Shown here: one piece after another, positions 35,301 to 47,581 of the stretch | Layout: every line of letters begins with the position of its first letter | How positions within the stretch are numbered: the first letter of the stretch is position 1 | NCBI RefSeq assembly: GCF_000981445.1 | Contig: NC_027218.1 | Span: 2,914,001-2,978,000, forward strand | Direction of reading: 5' to 3' | Source of the DNA: Babesia bigemina | Lineage: Eukaryota | DNA length: 64,000 nt | Made by a program: the position numbers and the translations under genes | The notes under the pieces: model-generated | What the model was told of the DNA's origin: nothing | Database searches by the model: none | Seen by the model: only the letters and a program-made list of their open reading frames with translations

Positions 35301-37651
35301 CTTCTCCTGCAGCTCACTTGACAAAACCCTGCAAACCAATGAACGGCTTACACAGACGGTGGTAGCTATCGGGAATGATGCCTCATCTACCGCATCATGG
35401 ATATAATTCAATGTATTTTTGCTTCCTATTTAGGCTGTGTCCCATTGTTAGGCATGGAAAATGCTTCTTGGCATCTGATGTTTTAGATGCATAGGACAGT
35501 AGTTAGCATAGATCCGCCACATACTCCACGGTTGCGAATACATGCGAATGTTGCTCATTGCAGATGACACCCCCCTTTCATTATATTGCTAATCAAAATT
35601 GAAAGCTGCACCCTGCTTCGTCATACCTTGCTCTCCGGTGATTAATGAGAGGTATGAATGATGCTGATGGTTGAGGTAACAGTTAGTTGTTACATTTGTG
35701 AGCGGAATGCTGAGAGCATGAAGTCTCGATCTAATCGTAAACCACGGCTACTGATACGATACTACCCCCTATAGTGTTCCTGATAAATTATCCAGCTTAG
35801 CATTGACATTACGAAGCAGTTGTAATGCCTTTGCGGCCGATATATACATCTTTATCACAATATACTTCGGGTTTAAACACTGTTCGTAGCTGTGCACGTA
35901 TACACGTTGGATTAAAATCCGCTGCTTACTCGTAACCCGAATGTCTCCTAACAACACCAACTACTACGTCTTTCCGTCACCACATACAAGATCGACCATG
36001 GACATAGACGATCGTTACAATTATCGATCGCCCTAACGTTGTTAGTGTTGTAACATATCATCAACGATGGTTTTCGGAGGCCCATAATTAACATCCTTAA
36101 TCTGTTTGCGATAGTAGCTAGCAGTACGCTAATGCCATTTGTTTACAAACCCATCTCCGGCCGCCAATTCCGCACATCAGACACCGGGTGCCCGTCACCA
36201 TCTTCAACCTGTTATTATGGATCCTCAAACACGTTTTCCGTCATTTTAATGGCGACAAAGCGTTACTTTATATCGATTAAGTATTACTACACTGACACGT
36301 ATGAACGGATTACTACTTTCATACATTACTATAGATTACTAGTTTGTTATACCATTCAGCATTATATCATGTTGTGAAATCCCCCATCGTTGAGCAAGCG
36401 CGGATGTCTGGGTGTGTTCTATCCGCATGGTTACACAGTTCAGGTGGGCACAAGTCTTATCCCGAAATGATGGTATGTAAAGTTTGATGACTTTCAGTCG
36501 GACCTTTACTTTGTAATGTCTTTCACAATTAATCCAACCACAGAAAAGTTGACGTATACTGCCTACCAACTACCAGCGTAATAGGTGTGATAATATTTTT
36601 GACAGAAATCTTATTTTTCGTCGACATTGCGATTGTGATAGATATTTTGAGAGTGACGTATGCTGGGTTAGAGCGACACCGTTTATAAAAAATCAGTGCA
36701 GTTCCCCCATTTAGTGATACTGGTTGTAGATTAGGCACCTAACTTCAAAGGTAGGCAACGATTAGGCGACGCGAAATCTTTGCTGTATGGATAGCTATAC
36801 AAATAAGCGTAGGGTAAGCGCCACAAGTTGTGTAAAATTATGCAAGCAACTCAGCCATTGATCTACGCTGCTCATTGGGAACATCATACGTCGAGTTGGG
36901 AAAGCATATTGGACTAAATGGCTATCGGTGTCATAAGCATAACGTTGGAACTATGTTAACAGATCTAACATCCCCTATACTGAGTTTTAACTGGTAATGC
37001 GCTGGCGAGAAACAAAGAGTAAATATGAAGCAGGTGAGTGAAGGTGGACCAATCTACGAAATTGTATCACCAATTGTACATAATTGCGACCATCTGTTAC
37101 GAGTAATCAGTGTGAAAGCAGCGAGTGTTTGACGTACTATCATTAAAAGGAGATGCTGAATTGGCACTGACTAAAGTTGCGCATCATCCCACACGTTTGG
37201 AGTACAAGAAGCGTTTGTATAAAATACTTGGGACTCTGTACTTCAGTTGGAGAGAAATATGGAGATGTCGCAGTGAGTTCAATGAACTCAACGGTCGGTG
37301 CGATTAGACGCGTTGCCACATGCTGCGTTGGTTGTGCCAAAGCAGAGGTGGTGGTACGCTGACATGACATGAGATGGATGAGTTGGTGTCTACGTTATTG
37401 ACCAACAAATATTAGAGTGTACCGCCATTGCTATCGTGTTATGGAGTCGGCTCGTCAACGCATGTAGTGCGTATGATGCCTTCGGTGTCACCCTTCTGGG
37501 ATTGACATACGGATTTGCATGCTCAGCTGGATTAAAAGTACCTTGCATGTGATGACTTATGCTACGTTCACGTCGGATATTTCAAATATGGTGGAGTCTT
37601 AAAATATATTTTCTGTTGCCCTGGGTGGCGTTTTAGTGGAGTCGGGGGAGG

Positions 37652-38557
37652 ATGGTGGAGGGGCAGGGAGATAACCAGTGTGGATGCAAACCAGTTTCAT
37701 GTCAGGGCAATGAAGAGCTCTGCTCTGATGACAAATGTACGAAGTGCGAGGCGCCTTGCCCCCCCGGATGTAAGGGCTGCGAAGTTAAATGCAAGGAGGT
37801 AAAACAACCTGGAACATGCAAATGTTGTACTCCCCGCTGTGGTTGTGAGGAAGATTGTTATGCAAGCGGCAAAGATGGCAAGTGTCAAGAAAAGAATAAA
37901 ATTGATTGCAAGCGATGCATCATAAGATGCGAAGATGGGAAACCATGTCTATGTCATTATTGTAGTTGCGGAACGAAATGTAACGGCGTAATTTGCAGCT
38001 GCTGTAGCTGGTGTGATCCTAGTAATTGTTCTGGAGGGCCTTGCAACGGCTACGTACTCGGCAGATGCAAAGACAAATATCCAGAGACTACTGAATGCAG
38101 AGGACACGTCAAATACGACAATTACGACAAAAACGGCACATACGGTGCTGTATACAAGCGCGATACCGAAAATGTAATCCCGTGCGATGGAAAACCTCAC
38201 AAAGGCAAGGACTGTACTGACAACAACTGCAATTGGATTTGTGCAGACGAGATCAAAGATGGTAATTGCGTCCTCAAATGCACCTACTGTGGCAAACTAT
38301 GCGGACAAGATAACTTTAGGCGCTGCTGCACCATAGCGATTCCCTTGGTTATCATTGTGTTAGTATTCCTTATTTTCCGATTCATGCTTCCCGAGAAGTT
38401 CCAGGCGGTGATGAGTACAATACGTGCTGCATTTCCCAGTTCTCCTAGGCACCCCGGCAAATCCCCGATTAATCTCGTCGGTGACAAAATTTTTGAGGAG
38501 GGTAAGATTGACCGCTATCCCGCCTTCCGTCCAAGGCCATACACTGGCTTGGCGTAG
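37652..38557 (+). CDS. Cys/Lys-rich single-TM protein, 301 aa (family member 3)
   Basis: Long metallothionein-like Cys array including CSCCSWC, then TM TIAIPLVIIVLVFLIF and a cytoplasmic-type tail. Confidence 0.85.
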   Translation: MVEGQGDNQCGCKPVSCQGNEELCSDDKCTKCEAPCPPGCKGCEVKCKEVKQPGTCKCCTPRCGCEEDCYASGKDGKCQEKNKIDCKRCIIRCEDGKPCLCHYCSCGTKCNGVICSCCSWCDPSNCSGGPCNGYVLGRCKDKYPETTECRGHVKYDNYDKNGTYGAVYKRDTENVIPCDGKPHKGKDCTDNNCNWICADEIKDGNCVLKCTYCGKLCGQDNFRRCCTIAIPLVIIVLVFLIFRFMLPEKFQAVMSTIRAAFPSSPRHPGKSPINLVGDKIFEEGKIDRYPAFRPRPYTGLA

Positions 38558-39805
38558 AACGCATAGATTTTTAACACCACAACAGCTGTCACTTTTTAAC
38601 AGCACAGTATCTGTATCATGTGGACCTAGTAGCAACACACGCTAATGCTATTTCGTCACCGCATTATCCTCACTAAGTTTCCTTGCATGAGTCACAAACA
38701 TTGCCCTAGGTTGGTCAACGGCTGAAGTTGGTGTACCCGATGGCGCCGTCGTAGCCGCTCCGTCACGCACCACGTTCATTGCAGCCTACATGTATTGATA
38801 CTGATAATGTATATCATATGCGCTCCAAGCATCTGTCGTGGTAATCGGTTGGCCCTGCTGTTTCCCTTGACATCCTCACCCACACCCAACCCACATAGCG
38901 CCCTCTGTGTGCCTGTCGAATCCCATATCAAAATAGTAGCGTCAATCGATTTACATTTCAGTGTGGGTCATATGCAATGTATGCCTAAGTTAAGTTGAAA
39001 TTTGTTTGTACCCTTCCCCTTTGGGCCTATCCCGTCCACACCCGTCATCTTGTTCCTGTGAACATTGACGACAATAAGATGGACAAGACAAGAGAGAGCA
39101 TCAGCTCAGTGCTTTACTGCATACACTAGCAAACTTTCACGCATACTGTATTTTAGTTCATGTTAGCTCACAATGATGCCCATGGATGTCATACATCTCT
39201 CCCTTATAGTCACATTTTCGAATCTCACAAACGGCCATATGGGAGTCCATCATTTGAATCATTATGCGCAGTTCAAATAGAATAGATGTGTTAAACAGAT
39301 ATGCAAGCTACTCACAAAACTGCTCAGGCAAGTCCGCAGAGCCACTCGCTCTAGGGAGTGACGCGCCATCGATGGGCTGTACGGTGCCGTGAGAGCGTAC
39401 CAGAGATTGGCTGCGAAGCAGGCATGTGACGACAATACTGTTAGAAATATGACAACGACATTACTAAGATACTTAATGAACTGGAAAGGGAAAGTGAGAA
39501 TTTGACTGACATTGGCAATCCTCAGTTGAGTAAGTTTGAAAGGCACAAGAGAGGGGTTCCCGAATGAAAAGGCAAAATATCTACGGACATCGAGCCTGCA
39601 TAAACGTCCGAGTAAGACGTATGAAAAGTCATCTGTTCCATTATGCAACGTGCATCCGATATAGTCTGCATATACTGCATGAAAGTGTGGCCGGGTACTT
39701 GCTGATGCAAAATTATGGAACATTTAATAGTTCATTAGACAAGCAGTGCACTGTTTATCTACAATACTGTGAGCTAAGTGCGATAATACGAAGTGTCGGA
39801 GTTTT

Positions 39806-40150
39806 TTAATGATTGCGATGTAAACCTTTCATTTTGTGGACGCAGAAATCGCGGACCTTGTGGAACGGCCGGATGCGGAAGATGGTCATAATGCATACGA
39901 CGAGGAAAATGATTACTATGACGGGAGTTATGACTATGCTTATACATTTATTTGTGCAGCATGGACAGCCGCAATTCCACAAATCTGTAAAGCTACATTT
40001 TCCGCACGAGACCCGATCGCAAGTGCTTGATTGTGTTCTGTTTTCTTTGCATGGTTCGCACGCCCCGTCATACTTACATATTGGACAACACCAGGAACAG
40101 CACGTACAACTCTTGGTACATGGCTTACCGCACTTACACCCGTCCGTCAT
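39806..40150 (-). CDS. Small Cys-rich single-TM protein (family member 4)
   Basis: CTCCSWCC and CGCPCC, TM, then tail FRIRPFHKVRD. Confidence 0.8.
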   Translation of the reverse strand: MTDGCKCGKPCTKSCTCCSWCCPICKYDGACEPCKENRTQSSTCDRVSCGKCSFTDLWNCGCPCCTNKCISIVITPVIVIIFLVVCIMTIFRIRPFHKVRDFCVHKMKGLHRNH

Positions 40151-40176
40151 CTTCCTCTACTTCCCATGCCACCAAT

Positions 40177-40552
40177 CTGCACAGGCATGAATCACGTACC
40201 TCAGCCAAGGACACTGAGGCCGTCTCCCATCGGCGATACGACCAACCGGGTAACAGCCATTCAACGGACAGCCGATTACATCACAACTATGCAGCTATAA
40301 CAGTTTAAGTATTACCGATATAAAGCATGTGAACGGTATCCTGGCTGTGGCATGCAGGTCAACTGGTACCGGTTGCGCAGTTACCTCCATCCATCACAGA
40401 CCAACGTTGTCAACGCTGCTTCAAAATGGAATCACATTTGTGTCATGAAGAATATCCAAATAAGCTACATTGCGTGATAAACATGTTTCTAATTTACACT
40501 GCTATCATCAATGCCGCATAACTACGACGTGCACTGGCCATCATGGCAGAGT
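40177..40552 (-). promoter_or_regulatory. Conserved upstream module (promoter/5'-UTR) of the Cys-rich gene family, copy A
   Basis: Aligns by eye with 41460-41820 and with the reverse complement of 55400-55770. Perfect 15-mer GTGGCATGCAGGTCA at 40347. Confidence 0.7.
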
Positions 40553-40890
40553 CCCGGTGACATCCCCCAGCAACACAGATGATAGCTGAGGCGCCAAACA
40601 GTAGCGTAGTTCACAACATGATATCACCTAACACGGTTATCACAGCTTATAACATTGGCAGGCAATTATCTAGATTCACATCGCACGGATTCGATGCGAT
40701 GACGTCTACACGTCTCACAAGTAACTCAGATGCCAACACCCCAAACAACTCGCTCATCAGTGCATCTATTAAATGCTATGTCAAATGGATGGTCAGGTGC
40801 TTGGTCACCTCACTGCTCATGTGATTGGCCATCAAGCAATCATTACTCTGTCTAGACATTCGATGCCAGTTGCCAGTTAGGTTATTGTGA

Positions 40891-41334
40891 TCAGCTGCGC
40901 AGTAGATACCGCACCCTGTGGAACGGCCGGATGCGGAAGTAGATCATGACGCAGATGACGACAATGATGAGGGCGACGGGGACGATAATGTAAGGGAGAA
41001 TAGGGGTGGTAGTCTGTCTACCTATTTGCTGCTCTGCACGGGGGAAGGAGGCGGCACCGGGGGAACCGGGGGCGAGGGCGGTACGCTGTAGACTGTTGGA
41101 AGAAAGGGTACGGGTTACAGTTGGTGTAGGGCGTTTCTTGATGCAACAGTCACACATACATGTGAGGGTGTTACATTCTTTACATCCGTTAGGGTCGCAA
41201 CTTTGGTATCCACTTTGGCGATATTGGTAGAACGTACGACATTGGGAAAAACATAGAATACATTTTCCACAACACAAGTAGCAGCAAAGACACTTGTCTT
41301 CTGTGCATTGTTTGCCACACTTACAACTCCCCAT
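40891..41334 (-). CDS. Small Cys-rich single-TM protein (family member 5)
   Basis: CLCCYLCC and CMCDCC, an S/T/P stalk, TM, then tail FRIRPFHRVR. Confidence 0.8.
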   Translation of the reverse strand: MGSCKCGKQCTEDKCLCCYLCCGKCILCFSQCRTFYQYRQSGYQSCDPNGCKECNTLTCMCDCCIKKRPTPTVTRTLSSNSLQRTALAPGSPGAASFPRAEQQIGRQTTTPILPYIIVPVALIIVVICVMIYFRIRPFHRVRYLLRS

Positions 41335-41459
41335 CTTCCCGCTCTCCTCCCAGTCCCCTCAACCTGCAAAGATATCAATCACTTAAGCAACGCACTCACC
41401 AACTACTCATGAACATGCTCCTCAGCAAGGCGTATCCCGTCCAATCAACGTACTCAACC

Positions 41460-41820
41460 ATGAACACGCACCTCAGCAAGGCACTGATGGTCTCCCACCG
41501 GCGCTACGTTAGCAGCAAGGTGACCGCCGTCTAAAGCAGGGTCAGTTACATCACGACTATGCTGCTGTCACGATTGAAGTTGCGCTTAGTTAACGCATGT
41601 GGTTGGTGCCTTGTCCGTGGCATGCAGGTCAGCTGGGACCAGTTGCGCAGCCGGCACCATCCATCACAGACCGACCAACGTTGCCACATCAGCTGCTAAA
41701 TGTCATCACATTTGTGTCTTAATGAGCGCCTGCGTGAAACCCATTACTTGGTTAACATGCATATTATTTACACTGTCACCACCAAGGCCACCTAACTACG
41801 CCGTCCACTGGCCATCACAT
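41460..41820 (-). promoter_or_regulatory. Conserved upstream module, copy B
   Basis: GTGGCATGCAGGTCA at 41617. CCATCCATCACAGACC and ATCACATTTGTGTC are shared with copy A. Confidence 0.7.
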
Positions 41821-42190
41821 ACGTGTGCTCCGGCAACATCCATTGCCCAGCGCTGCACGTCATATTACCATACCAGCCACTCACCGAACACACGATGCTA
41901 AATTTTACGTAGCACGGCACTTGTCAGCTGCCTACTTTAGTGGCTAATAATCCGAGTACCACATTACAGACAAAGTGGGACTGTGTAAATGCATGTCATG
42001 GGCAATGCAAAACTCAAATAACCACACTGTATCATCCATTATGTGAGCTACATGAGCCTGGTTATGCCTGCAAGCAGTCACGCTTTCCTCTCACCACGGT
42101 GCCATAGATGCTGCAGTAACACAAACAACCACTAGTGCTGTAGTGCGATCCATCACTAGGCAAGTAATGACTAGATGAATGAGGTAATGA

Positions 42191-45100
42191 TTATCGAATA
42201 ACAAGTTGACCAATAGGGTCCTCGTCGAAGTAGTCGACGTCCTTGTAAAGTGAAAGCATCTTCCGGCCTTTGGTGAGTAAGGCCTTGACGTCGATGAGAT
42301 GGGAGGCCTTGGTGCGGATAAGGTGTGACCGGATGTGGAGCACGTCCAAGTGGTACAACATTGTGTTGGCGAGGACCAGCAATGCGGTGGACCACAGTGC
42401 GACGAGGGTGAAGATGAATGGCTCCCGGATGCCGTAGAGGAAATTGTCCATGGCGGTCAGGAGGGTTGCGATAGGCCCACCGTTGACAATTTCCTGCAGC
42501 TTGACAATGACATCTGAACACTTGAGTGGTAACTGCAATGTGCCCTCCGGCGGCGTGAACCCGTGAGTGTAGAGGAGGGGCAGCGCAGTGGAACACAGGT
42601 AGAGGGATGTGCACTTGCTGCTGTCGTGCTTATTGAGTTCATAGTGCAATGTTTGAAGTGACTCCCACAGTCTGTCCGGCAGGTACACCGCCCAGCTAAG
42701 GTAGGTGTTGGCGAAGGTATGAGAGTACATTGCGTAAGCCCGGTACGTGATGGGAGACATACGTGGATGGCAGTTGTCAGGGTCACTGCCGCAGCTGACC
42801 AGTGTGGACAGGGTACGGGGATGGTCCTTGTCGTGGCTGGAGTTGTTTTTGGATATGAAGTTGAGAGGCTCGGACCCTCGGATGCCACTGACAGCTTGGA
42901 GGCCGTGGCGACCAAGATGGTCCCAGTCAGGGCAGTCGGCATGTGACTTGGCGAGTGCAGTGCCTAGTGGCAACAATGTATCTGAATACATATCATGAAG
43001 CGAATTGCCCAAATGATGGAAGAAGGAGACGAGCTCCCCGGTGGTGCGCGGCGTCCGCCTGGTGATGCAGTTGAGGTAGGAGGACAATGTCAGTAAGAGG
43101 TCGTCACCGCCGCAGCTGGGAGAGAGGATGGTGGAAATGACACTGCCCTGTTGCGATGTATTAGGCAAATCCCCTCTCTTAAATCCCATCTTGATACGGC
43201 TCTTGAGGCACAGGTTGCACGGGTCGAAGAGGTGCGTCTTGAACTTGGAGTCGTAGGCGTCGGTAAGAAAGGCCTGAAGGGGAGATGGAGTCTTGAGATC
43301 TCTGCCGTATTGACAATTCTGCCAACCACCATGTGACTTTCCTCTATTACACTGCGACTTGAGGAACTGCAACTGGTGGCAGCAGGCGTAGACGTAGTCA
43401 CGCAGCTGGCAGAGGAGGGCGCAGCAATCAGGCTCATAGGATTGGTCAGATGACTTAGGCTGCACAGTTCTTGATGGGACACTAGCTCTCCAGTTAGGTG
43501 CGATGGAATTGAGCACGGATCCAGCAAACATGGCGGTAAGTTGGAGTATGTCGAAGACATCTCCGGGTCTGATTTTTGCGTGGTTGATGAAGAGTGCAAG
43601 CTGTGAAGGGTCACTATACAAGCCGCTAAATGCCTTGTTAATACATTGTCTGAGTGTGCCATGATGCTTTTCGTTCCTAAGCCCAGCCAGCCAAGTAAGC
43701 ATCTCCCGGACATTGCGCGGGGCCTCGGCGGGGAACAGCTCCGTCTCAGGGATGTCGGGGGAGTCTCCAGTTTCTGTCTGAGTCATCCACGGGGCAGTGC
43801 ACATTTTAAGGTCAGGGCGACTGATAATATCTGGATCAAAATCATTCTGTGGTGGCATTGACTGCTCTGGGCCCGGAGGCGGTATATTGAATGAGATTGC
43901 AGGAAATGATGGATCTACGGGGTCAGGCGGTGTCTCATTCCTAATATGGGTTGATTCATCATCGAAATCCAAATCAAAGTCAAGGTTGTTTTCTGGCAAT
44001 GTATGTTTGGCGACTTCGATGAAGAACTCGGGGTCATCGACTTTGGGTGAAGGGCGGTCTGGCAGAGCAATCTGTAAACCGCCTGGTGGTGGAGGCTCTA
44101 CGTATACCGTAGGAATGAATGACGAATGCACATCAGGTGCCGAAATAGGGGTGCCTTCGGCTTTTGAGACAAATGCATTCGGGTCTCTACTTTTGGCTGC
44201 CATCGTTTGTAAGGTATGGTCATGTTGTAGGAGAGCTGAATGATGCGGTGCCGCGGGGGGAGGAAGTGAAGTGGGCGGCGCAACGATTGGTGGAGGGGGT
44301 AACCAACGATGTTTCATGTTAAAATCGGGAATATTGGTAACTGTAAGTTCCGGCTCATATGACGTCGTTTTTGACTTTTTGGTTTGTGGTGGCTTGATCG
44401 GGTAACTCATCGGAACACCAATATTGCTAGACAGAGGTGGGAAAGTGGATTTTGGAATACCTTTAGAGCCGGGCGTGGCATCTCCTTCGAGATCAACAGG
44501 CTGCTTATCTGGATGAATAGGCGTCGCCGTGGCCATTGGGTCCTCCCTTGCATTCCGCCTCGCAACTTCAGTTTCCACTCTTGCCGCATCGGGATACGTA
44601 GGTCTCCTGGGATGTTCGTTTAGAACTTTTGTATCAACATCCATTCCATGGAGAAGTTGGCGCTTATATTGTTCAGTGGATTTTTGGTATTCACGTTCGG
44701 CATCCATTCTTCTTTGCTTTTCTTTTCTTTTGAGCTCCAACTCTATATCCCCTTGCTGCAATGTTTTTTGCATTTTCTCTGCTGCATCATCGTGTTTTTT
44801 CTTGCGCTCCCCCTCTTCTAGCTGCTTTTTCCATTCTTCCGCAGCATTTGCTTTCAGTATTGCAAATGATGTTTTTGCTTGTTCTTTAACCTTCGACTCT
44901 TCGGCTTCCCTGTTCCACTTTCTCACTTGTTGTTCGGTTTCCACTCTGCGTCCTATCTTATCGTACTTTTTCTTTGTATCGGTATCCTTTATGATTGTAC
45001 CTGTGATTTCGGATGGCACCGCATCCGTAGCCCCCCGTCCAACGTCCCTCTGCTGTGGAACATTCTGCGGACGCTGATTAACAGGGCTGCCACTGGGCGG

Positions 45101-47581
45101 CTGAGGAGTAGACGGGATCTGAGTAGTAGGCCCGGGAGCAGGACGGCTAGGTGGAGTGTGACGGTTGGGTGGAATTTGAGGGGTGGGATGAGTTGGAAGG
45201 GTGGGTGGAATTCGAGGTGGTAAATTTTGCTTTTCCTTGTTTTTTTGTATATTCTTTTGAATTGTTCTATTTTGTGTTATTTTATTGACGTCCTCCCAAA
45301 CGTTATCGTATGTATTGGTTAAATTCCTCGTCGTAGGTTTTCGAAAACATTTGTATTCACCGCTTTTAGTGAATGGATGTTCACCATTTTTGCAGGCTGG
45401 CAGTGGGCTTTTCTCGTCTTGCTTTTGATCATGGGATTTACCGGACCCCTGATCCTTCCCTGCCGTACCCTTCCCATTACTCCCACCAACTCCTCCACCG
45501 CCACCTGCACCAGGAGCCGAACCAGCGGACGTAGTAGTAGCAACGTTGGTGGAACTTCGCGATGTACCTCTACCATGCTGCTGAGTGGTGCCAGAAGAAC
45601 CCACCTGGTCACCCAGGCCCTGACCACTACTGGGAGCAGGAGCATCAGGTGACGAAGCGCCTGAAGATTGAACACCTGGAGGCTGAGGTGGAGCAGGGGA
45701 TGGCAACGAAGGAATCTGTGTACTTTTAGGATCACCGCCGTGTGAACCCAGCCCATTACCACCTGGTTGACCAGACCCAGAAGGAGACACCTTACCACTG
45801 CTGGAACCAGAGGCACCAGGTGACTGAGGGCTTTGATATTGGTTAGTTGATGAAGATCCAGCAGATTGTTGAACCGTAGTACCACCGCCCTTTGAACCGG
45901 GATCTTTACCACTTGGTGGGCCAGGAACAGAGGACCCCGGCTGCTTACCCTGCCCATTACCACCACCGGTACCAGAGGCACCAAGTGACGGAGGGCCTGA
46001 AGCTTGGACACTCGGTGACTGAGATTGTCCAGGCTGTGGAGATCCACCAGCCTTCTGACCCGCACCACCACCGCCATTTGGCCTCCCACCCCCGCTACCC
46101 GGCTGACTAGGGGAGGCAGGGGCTGGAGGGGGAGTGGCTTGAGGGGGTTGTGCTGGTTGGGGTTGAATGGGCTGTTGCGGCTGAACAGTTTGTTTTGCTG
46201 GTGAAGCGGCAGGTTTCGAAAATTCTGAACCACCAGTCCCTTGCTGGCCTCGATCACCTTGAGGCACAGACTGTCCTGGCTCTCTTGTACCACCGGAAGG
46301 CTGAGATGAAGGTTTGCCAACTGATGAAGTTGAAGCATTTCCTCCACTTTGAACATTATTCTGATTTAATGTTACCTTAGCTTTAGGTGAAGCAGGCTTC
46401 GCAGCCTCTGTTTTAGTCGCCTCAGTTTTAGTGGCAGTCGGCTTCGCCGCCTCGGCTTTGGTGACCAAGGGCGCAGCGCCGCAATTATAACCATCCAAAA
46501 TCGTTTTAAGTTTCCTCAGCATTTCATCTAGCTGGAGGAACTTTTGAAATATAGGATTCCATTCATCTAGTTTATTGGGTTTGGCCCACACTCTCTGTTT
46601 ACTCCCGTCGAAAATGAACCCATGGGGATAGAGTTTATCGTTGGCAAACGATTGCAGTTCATTCAACTGCGAGCGGATTGACTGAGGTATCATGCGTTTT
46701 AAGACGTCTGCGGTACTCAGCAAATTTTCTCTAAACCACTCGGCGGCCTTTGTAACAAATTTAACATCCTCCTTAGGTCTAAACGCTATACCGGTAGCAG
46801 AAAATCCCGCTCTCATCAGTGCATCAATGGTTTCTTTCAGCATCACACAATGACTTGTTAAATCTTGCCAACATATTGTCTTAGGTCCAATGCCTTTTTC
46901 CATAGAGGGTTTGTACTTAGTGCCGCCGGAGTCTTCAAGAACCAACTCGCAAAAAAAGGGCAGAAGAAAGACGGCGTTCCCGGTATTCCCAGCGTCCAAC
47001 GATTTGCCTAATGTCGTCAACATAACATTTCGAAAATGATCATGCACCGGCTTTCCTTTAGCACCGTATTTATTTAAAATTTCACGCAATACTTTAACAA
47101 GATCGCTACCCTTTACATTTTTAAGCTCTCCGGCACTGAACCCGCCGCCAATAATGTCATTCCCAGTAGTCAAAAACTTCTGAAAATCTCCGGAATTTGG
47201 AGACTTTGAAGCCCAATCTCCACCTCCAACTTTGCCGAACTCAGTATCAACGCGATACTGCAAGTAATATAATGCAGCGAGGAACTTAGGGACGTATTCT
47301 GAAAGAGATTCGACAATATCATTTGCTTTGACCGTATAAGTGCGCCGTGTAATATGTTCATTAGATGACAATGCTTTGTATAGCAGCGAGACATTTTTAA
47401 GAAACTTAGTGTATTGAACTTGCAATTGCCCCTTTAATTGTGTATTAAATTGATAATACGGACTCAACCTTTGAACAAACTCAGTTATCACATTTCTAGT
47501 TTGGCCTTTTGGGCCGTTCAACCACTGAAGGAACTGGAAACAGTCCTTAAGAGTGTCTAATTTGACTCCATGCTTAGCCAT
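42191..47581 (-). CDS. Large ves/VESA1-related variant surface protein (~1796 aa): N-terminal domain, long G/S/P/Q low-complexity linker, Cys-rich VESA-like C-terminal domain, TM and short tail
   Basis: N-terminal HGVKLDTLKDCFQFLQWL. C-terminal PLQAFLTD, LSSYLNCITRRTPRTTGEL, YLSWAVYLP, TM and LYHLDVLHIRSH. No signal peptide. Confidence 0.85.
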   Translation of the reverse strand: MAKHGVKLDTLKDCFQFLQWLNGPKGQTRNVITEFVQRLSPYYQFNTQLKGQLQVQYTKFLKNVSLLYKALSSNEHITRRTYTVKANDIVESLSEYVPKFLAALYYLQYRVDTEFGKVGGGDWASKSPNSGDFQKFLTTGNDIIGGGFSAGELKNVKGSDLVKVLREILNKYGAKGKPVHDHFRNVMLTTLGKSLDAGNTGNAVFLLPFFCELVLEDSGGTKYKPSMEKGIGPKTICWQDLTSHCVMLKETIDALMRAGFSATGIAFRPKEDVKFVTKAAEWFRENLLSTADVLKRMIPQSIRSQLNELQSFANDKLYPHGFIFDGSKQRVWAKPNKLDEWNPIFQKFLQLDEMLRKLKTILDGYNCGAAPLVTKAEAAKPTATKTEATKTEAAKPASPKAKVTLNQNNVQSGGNASTSSVGKPSSQPSGGTREPGQSVPQGDRGQQGTGGSEFSKPAASPAKQTVQPQQPIQPQPAQPPQATPPPAPASPSQPGSGGGRPNGGGGAGQKAGGSPQPGQSQSPSVQASGPPSLGASGTGGGNGQGKQPGSSVPGPPSGKDPGSKGGGTTVQQSAGSSSTNQYQSPQSPGASGSSSGKVSPSGSGQPGGNGLGSHGGDPKSTQIPSLPSPAPPQPPGVQSSGASSPDAPAPSSGQGLGDQVGSSGTTQQHGRGTSRSSTNVATTTSAGSAPGAGGGGGVGGSNGKGTAGKDQGSGKSHDQKQDEKSPLPACKNGEHPFTKSGEYKCFRKPTTRNLTNTYDNVWEDVNKITQNRTIQKNIQKNKEKQNLPPRIPPTLPTHPTPQIPPNRHTPPSRPAPGPTTQIPSTPQPPSGSPVNQRPQNVPQQRDVGRGATDAVPSEITGTIIKDTDTKKKYDKIGRRVETEQQVRKWNREAEESKVKEQAKTSFAILKANAAEEWKKQLEEGERKKKHDDAAEKMQKTLQQGDIELELKRKEKQRRMDAEREYQKSTEQYKRQLLHGMDVDTKVLNEHPRRPTYPDAARVETEVARRNAREDPMATATPIHPDKQPVDLEGDATPGSKGIPKSTFPPLSSNIGVPMSYPIKPPQTKKSKTTSYEPELTVTNIPDFNMKHRWLPPPPIVAPPTSLPPPAAPHHSALLQHDHTLQTMAAKSRDPNAFVSKAEGTPISAPDVHSSFIPTVYVEPPPPGGLQIALPDRPSPKVDDPEFFIEVAKHTLPENNLDFDLDFDDESTHIRNETPPDPVDPSFPAISFNIPPPGPEQSMPPQNDFDPDIISRPDLKMCTAPWMTQTETGDSPDIPETELFPAEAPRNVREMLTWLAGLRNEKHHGTLRQCINKAFSGLYSDPSQLALFINHAKIRPGDVFDILQLTAMFAGSVLNSIAPNWRASVPSRTVQPKSSDQSYEPDCCALLCQLRDYVYACCHQLQFLKSQCNRGKSHGGWQNCQYGRDLKTPSPLQAFLTDAYDSKFKTHLFDPCNLCLKSRIKMGFKRGDLPNTSQQGSVISTILSPSCGGDDLLLTLSSYLNCITRRTPRTTGELVSFFHHLGNSLHDMYSDTLLPLGTALAKSHADCPDWDHLGRHGLQAVSGIRGSEPLNFISKNNSSHDKDHPRTLSTLVSCGSDPDNCHPRMSPITYRAYAMYSHTFANTYLSWAVYLPDRLWESLQTLHYELNKHDSSKCTSLYLCSTALPLLYTHGFTPPEGTLQLPLKCSDVIVKLQEIVNGGPIATLLTAMDNFLYGIREPFIFTLVALWSTALLVLANTMLYHLDVLHIRSHLIRTKASHLIDVKALLTKGRKMLSLYKDVDYFDEDPIGQLVIR

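Noticed and set aside
35420..37640. Short ORFs in the 2.2-kb spacer (also 39262-39723 and 47636-48054)
   Set aside because: No motifs, family similarity or consistent coding signal. Highly decayed pseudogenes cannot be excluded.
45319..46356. 345-aa alternative-frame ORF inside the large ves-like gene
   Set aside because: By-product of G/S/P/Q low-complexity codons in the main frame.
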